Assembly: GCF_902713615.1 (NCBI RefSeq)
Contig: NW_024055676.1
Span: forward strand, 620,877-684,876
From: Scyliorhinus canicula
Taxonomy: Eukaryota
Length of the DNA: 64,000 bases
Direction: 5' to 3'
Every line of letters starts with the position of its first letter. Position 1 is the stretch's first letter. Both the position numbers and the translations under genes were made by a program. The notes below the pieces were generated by a model. It ran no database searches. It had not been told where the DNA came from and saw nothing but the letters and a program-made list of their open reading frames with translations. Positions 59,454 through 64,000 of this stretch are shown here, one piece after another.

Positions 59454-62400
59454 TTGGACAGTAGCTCATTTCTCCTGTCTGTTTGGGGGTTCTACAGAAT
59501 CTCGGGCAGATTAACCCGTAATATGAGCAGCGCTGTCAGCCTCTCAAACCAAATACTGCCAACAAACCAATGAAAACGTCAGGATACCGGTTCCAGAAGC
59601 GGCTGAAAAAATAAACAAAATAGAATCTTTAAAATGACAGGCAGATGCAGCTCGAAATAAAATTATCGGTTCATTTTTCTTTCCTGCGCCTTTCCTTTGT
59701 TTATTCCTTTTAAAAATAGGGTTTAATGTTGGGATCAGCTCCACAGAACAGAGTAACTCTGACGTCACAAAGACCCGACAGACTGACATCACAGATAGTA
59801 CAGACTGACGTCACCGAGACTGCAGTCTGACTTTCCTCAGACGGAAGCACTGACGCATGCGCACTCTCCTACTTGTGGTGGAACAGCAATGCTGAAGCTC
59901 CCTCATACCTTCACCCTGTTATCCACATTCCCAGGGACACATTTCTGGACTCTACAGTGTATCTGGTGCAGGACTCAGTTTGGTGCTCAACAGCGTTGCC
60001 TGTTTGGGTTCTGCTGACAGCTATTTTACAAATTGGTTTTGATCTGACATATGAATCTGAGCTTCACTTTCGTGATCCGATTCAGTGAGAGGGGATTAGA
60101 GTGCCTTGCCGGTTTTTCTACGGACTGAATGCATCTAGGCTCACAGAGACTACGCGGCAGAGTCAGGGACAGAAGCTTAACTAAGATGTAAAGGGACTGT
60201 TTCATTGTCCTAGTCGAAATCAGCAAAAAAAACGTTCTTGCAATTCTGGAGAACTTGCCTCTTGCCATACCTCCTCAGTAGGTATCCGGGAGCTTCTGCA
60301 GAATAGCGAATGTGCCAAAGAAGTAGGGAGAGCTCTCTGATGGATAGTAATTACAGTTTTGTGTTACGATCTGTCCTTCCTGAATCATCTATGGGACATT
60401 GAATCCGTTCCAATAATTCTGAAACAAAGACCAACCTGTGTCAGATGTCAGAGTAAATGCAAACAATGGAACATGGAAACGACTCAACAATCCACTCACC
60501 GGGCAGCACGACCATGGTTATCGGGAAAGGACAAAGGAGAAATATGGTAGATGGTTTAGATTTCAGCTAACAAATCAGAATGTTTTAAATATTCCGAATG
60601 TTACAGACTGACATTAAACAGTGAACACAGACGAGGAATGCTTCGTTATTATAAATCTGAGGGACAGCTGCCGAGGAAGAGGATTGGCTGCTCTCTCAGA
60701 AATGGGACTAACGACGAACCAATCAGTGATGCTGCTGCCCCATTACTGCATGCACACTCAAAGCTCTTTCCGTGCTAATCCGCTTGAGGTTGTCCTATCG
60801 ATTCACTTACACACACACACCAGACGCACACGCAAACACGTTCATACAAACACTCAAGCAGAGGCTCACACTTACAATTAAATATATGTAACCGTTCCCC
60901 AGTGTGGCTGAACCTATTTCAGTATCTTTCTCTTTCTTGACCTTCTGCTCAGAGTTTTGCTTCAAATCTTTCTCTCTCTCTCTCACACACTATCCCCCAT
61001 ATGCTCTCCTTCCATGTGCTTGTGATAATCCTGATTATTTTGCTGACAGTCTGGTCTCAATAAAACTCGAGAGGAATCTGTAGGTATAGTATTATTTATT
61101 TTTAATCAACTTGCAAGGCTGACCCGCTCTATAGAGATTCAGAACACATACAGTCTCCTGAAGCTCCCAGAACCGACTGAGGACCAAGACAAAGAAATCT
61201 CTGCACATATTCAAAAAGCATCACGTTTCACATACAAGATTCCCATAGGTCATCCTATACACCTCCTGACCTGGCCATATATCCTGAATGGTTCACTTCA
61301 GATTCCTCAACCATGGGCCTCTTGCTACCCAGCATCCTTTTCACCATCCTCTGCACGAGGCTCCCCTCCACCTTTCTGGCCATGCTTTGCTGAATTCCTT
61401 TGTTATTTGTCTGTGAACTCACTACCATCAGACCGGCTCTATCATCTACATTATTCGAACTAATAATCCTACTTTATATCACATTCGTTTGTTCAATTCC
61501 TATCCGATGCCACGAATGGGTCATGTGCAGCAATTTCCCCAACAGCACAATCGTTTCAGAATGGAAATGAGAACAGCAAACGGAGGCTGCGCCCCGGGAC
61601 ACCGCAGATTCTAAAGTAGTCAGATTGTGCGGCTGGTATCATCTGCGGGCGGGATTGCCGGAGCGGAAATAGCGACGGTTGAATCTCTGGAGACTTGTGA
61701 GCATCCTGCACCTGTTCACTGCTCATGTGAGTGAGAACAATTAGTGGGGGACTGGCATGAATCGCCCAGAAGTATCAAAAATTAGGGAACGGAATGAACA
61801 TTCGGCACATGCCTATTTGAAAATGCTGTCCAATCGTCTTTCGCACACCACATTTTCCATATTGCTTTCCATTCTCAGATTATGAAAGTCACCTTTTGGC
61901 AGTTCTTTATTGAATCTTCTTTCATAATTTTCGCGTTGTGTTCTAGATGTTAACAAATCGGAATATTATGAATAAATACATCATTCTCTATCATATTTTT
62001 CTATCAATCGGGATGATTTGTCATTGGATCTGCTGCTAATGGAACAATTACAGCAAAAACGATTTGAGTCTTCCTTCTACCTCTATTCTTACAAGCAAAT
62101 GAACCCAGAATTCTCTGGTCTTTGCATAAACGGCCCTCGTCCCTGTTAATATTTAAATATATAACATCTTTCTCCAACGTCCTAATACTACTCCTCATTT
62201 GTCGTGCACAGGATTTGGAAAGAAACGGGCAGCAAAGATTTCATCGATTTAAGTGTCCGTTTCTGACACAAACATCAACAGTTGTAAAAACTGTTTCCTA
62301 GCAGATCTAGTTTAGATTTCATGGGAGACATTCATGTCTTTTTGTGTATTTCAATGCACCCTCAATCCATTCAGTGGCTGCATTCAAATAGGAATGAAAC

Positions 62401-62489
62401 TATTCCGGCACCAGAAGGTGCCAACTTCAAACATGGGGATGATGAAGTTCCGTGACGGCACCGTCAAAACCAATAGACGTCGTGGTCTG

Positions 62490-62499
62490 AGTGATGTCA
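62490..62499 (+). promoter_or_regulatory. TCR V promoter CRE-like decamer AGTGATGTCA
   Basis: Matches the AGTGAYRTCA decamer known from TCR V promoters, about 110 nt before the leader ATG; CCAAT at 62470. Confidence 0.6.
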
Positions 62500-62607
62500 G
62501 AGTGGGCCTGGTCCCCTGCAGTGTGTGGGTTGAACAATGAGCTGAACAGAGCCCGGGTTCCCTCTCTGCTTCTCAATCTCTGGCTCATCCCATTCACTCA
62601 GTCAGAT

Positions 62608-62641
62608 ATGTTTCTGTTAATACTGGCGACGTTATTGGACG
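62608..62641 (+). CDS. TCR V leader exon (MFLLILATLLD, phase 1)
   Basis: ATG, 34 nt, GTAAGT donor. Confidence 0.85.
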
Positions 62642-62829
62642 GTAAGTAATGAATAAAGTTCATAAAGCCAGATTATCAGGTTATAGATTGTAATAACATT
62701 TAACATAATTAACGACCAGAAATATCCACATGATGAGTGGTGTTGAGTTTTCACAAACTGACACACATACAAACAAATTTAGATGAATTATATTTCAACT
62801 ATTGATGTTTCATTTATCTCCCTTTGCAG

Positions 62830-63122
62830 GCGGACTAAGCGCAGATCCAGTAACTCAGTCACCGGTGACAAAAACCGTGTCAGAAGGGGGTTCGGTGCGG
62901 CTGGATTGTGAATATACAGACTCCAGTATGCGGTACATGCAATGGTATCAGCAGAAAGCGGCACAGCCACCAATTTGGCTTATTACCAATGTATTAGCTC
63001 TGAAGAAAGATGAAGTTTCAGTACGATATCTGGCGGCTGCTGACAAGTCTAAACAGAACGGTTACCTCAATATCAGCGGCCTCAGTGTGGATGACGGGGC
63101 GGTCTATTACTGTGCAATGAGG
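62830..63122 (+). CDS. TCR alpha/delta-type V exon, intact (DPVTQSPVTKTVSEGGSVRLDCEYT...WYQQKAAQPPIWLI...DDGAVYYCAMR)
   Basis: TTTGCAG acceptor, open frame, canonical Cys/Trp/YYC, CAMR ending, 23-RSS. Confidence 0.85.
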
Positions 63123-63161
63123 CACAGCGTTCGAAAGCCGCTAGTCTCCAGTACAAAAACC
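63123..63161 (+). other. 23-RSS of the second intact TCR V
   Basis: CACAGCG - 23 nt - ACAAAAACC (consensus nonamer). Confidence 0.93.
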
Positions 63162-64000
63162 TCAGCGGGTATGTACAGCTCCATTAAATCTGTTTTTCTG
63201 CTCCTGTCTGCGGGAATTGTTTGATCCTGGATTCACTAACACAGGTCGGTGTATCTATCATACAGTTATATTGGTGTCTCTGCTCTTCTGCGGGTGAACA
63301 GTGGAGCGATTTGGGAAATCACGAGGCTCATCTCCATGGCGCGATGTACATGGTAAATTAAAACGTGGAAAGCCAGCGTATCAGCAGAGGCAATGAAAGC
63401 TTCCAGATGTGGAGATATGTAGCCGGAAATTATAGTTTGCTCATCTGGAATGGTTAACTCAGATGAACCCAAAGCCGCTGAGTCTGTCCCGCACGTTCCT
63501 GCAACAAAATAGAGAGTGTGTCAAACTCTCCTGTTGTATTTCACATATGGAATTCAGAGTAAGAATTTCAACAAGGACGCACGGAGCAACATGATTATTA
63601 TTACCATACAGGACCATGGTGTCTGCTATAGGCTTCAGTAGAAAATCGATTTTTCGATCGAAAACTCATCTCTTGCCTGCTGCTGGGGAGTTACTTAGGT
63701 CGGCATGTACTTCTGAGGGGTGCGGCTCACGGTGAGACCTATAAAACTGAGGGGCTTGGGTGAATCCACAAGTCATGATTGCCCGGGAGCACCACAGCCT
63801 TGTACTTGTATCGCCCTTACAGCTTTTTTCTGCTCTGCCATGAAGGCCAATATTACTGGCAATGATTTCACCCAAGTGTCTCTGGCAATCAGAGGATTAG
63901 CCGTCTCTGCTGAAATGAGCAGAGCCTGTTCTGATCGTCAGTACTGCGCACCTGCTGCTACATTGAGTTATCTACACTATTATAGATCCTTCCTCCTCCT

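Noticed and set aside
63660-63920. Minus-strand VVLPGNHDLWI, resembling a metallophosphoesterase GNHD motif
   Set aside because: The surrounding frame has stops and the other motifs are not convincing; one 4-residue hit in 64 kb can occur by chance. A BLASTX search would settle it.
57600-64000. NAR-TCR cassette, TCR D/J segments, or a light-chain cluster
   Set aside because: Each V has its own leader or leader relic, and I found no 12-RSS D or J (FGxG) and no IgNAR-like V near them.

Overview
This is vertebrate DNA from a cartilaginous fish; the repeat content looks catshark (Scyliorhinus)-like, which is an inference. The left part holds one unrearranged shark-type IgM heavy-chain cluster on the minus strand. 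It runs leader (17027-16982), VH (16851-16549), D1, D2, JH (15318-15271), a 12.5-kb J-C intron, then Cmu1, Cmu2 and Cmu3. All RSSs are 12/22-23 compatible. Cmu3 carries a 1-bp deletion, and Cmu4 must lie left of the window. The right part holds T-cell receptor alpha/delta-type V segments on the plus strand: two intact (57.7-58.2 kb, 62.6-63.2 kb, each with leader and 23-RSS) and one pseudogene (59.0-59.45 kb). The IgM cluster and the TCR V array are therefore about 41 kb apart and divergently oriented, which is the main observation. The spacer is retroelement-rich: CR1, L2-like and RTE LINE pieces, tRNA-derived SINEs, and a Penelope-like element whose inverted ends each carry a minimal hammerhead ribozyme motif. 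It also contains an old ~5-kb tandem duplication with filled and empty insertion sites and a chimeric SINE-plus-flank retrocopy. The J-C intron has an AGCT-dense 29-bp array with purine-rich flanks just upstream of Cmu1 and a ~6.5-kb strand-skewed minisatellite. All coordinates and translations were read by eye; repeat boundaries are approximate and no database search was run.
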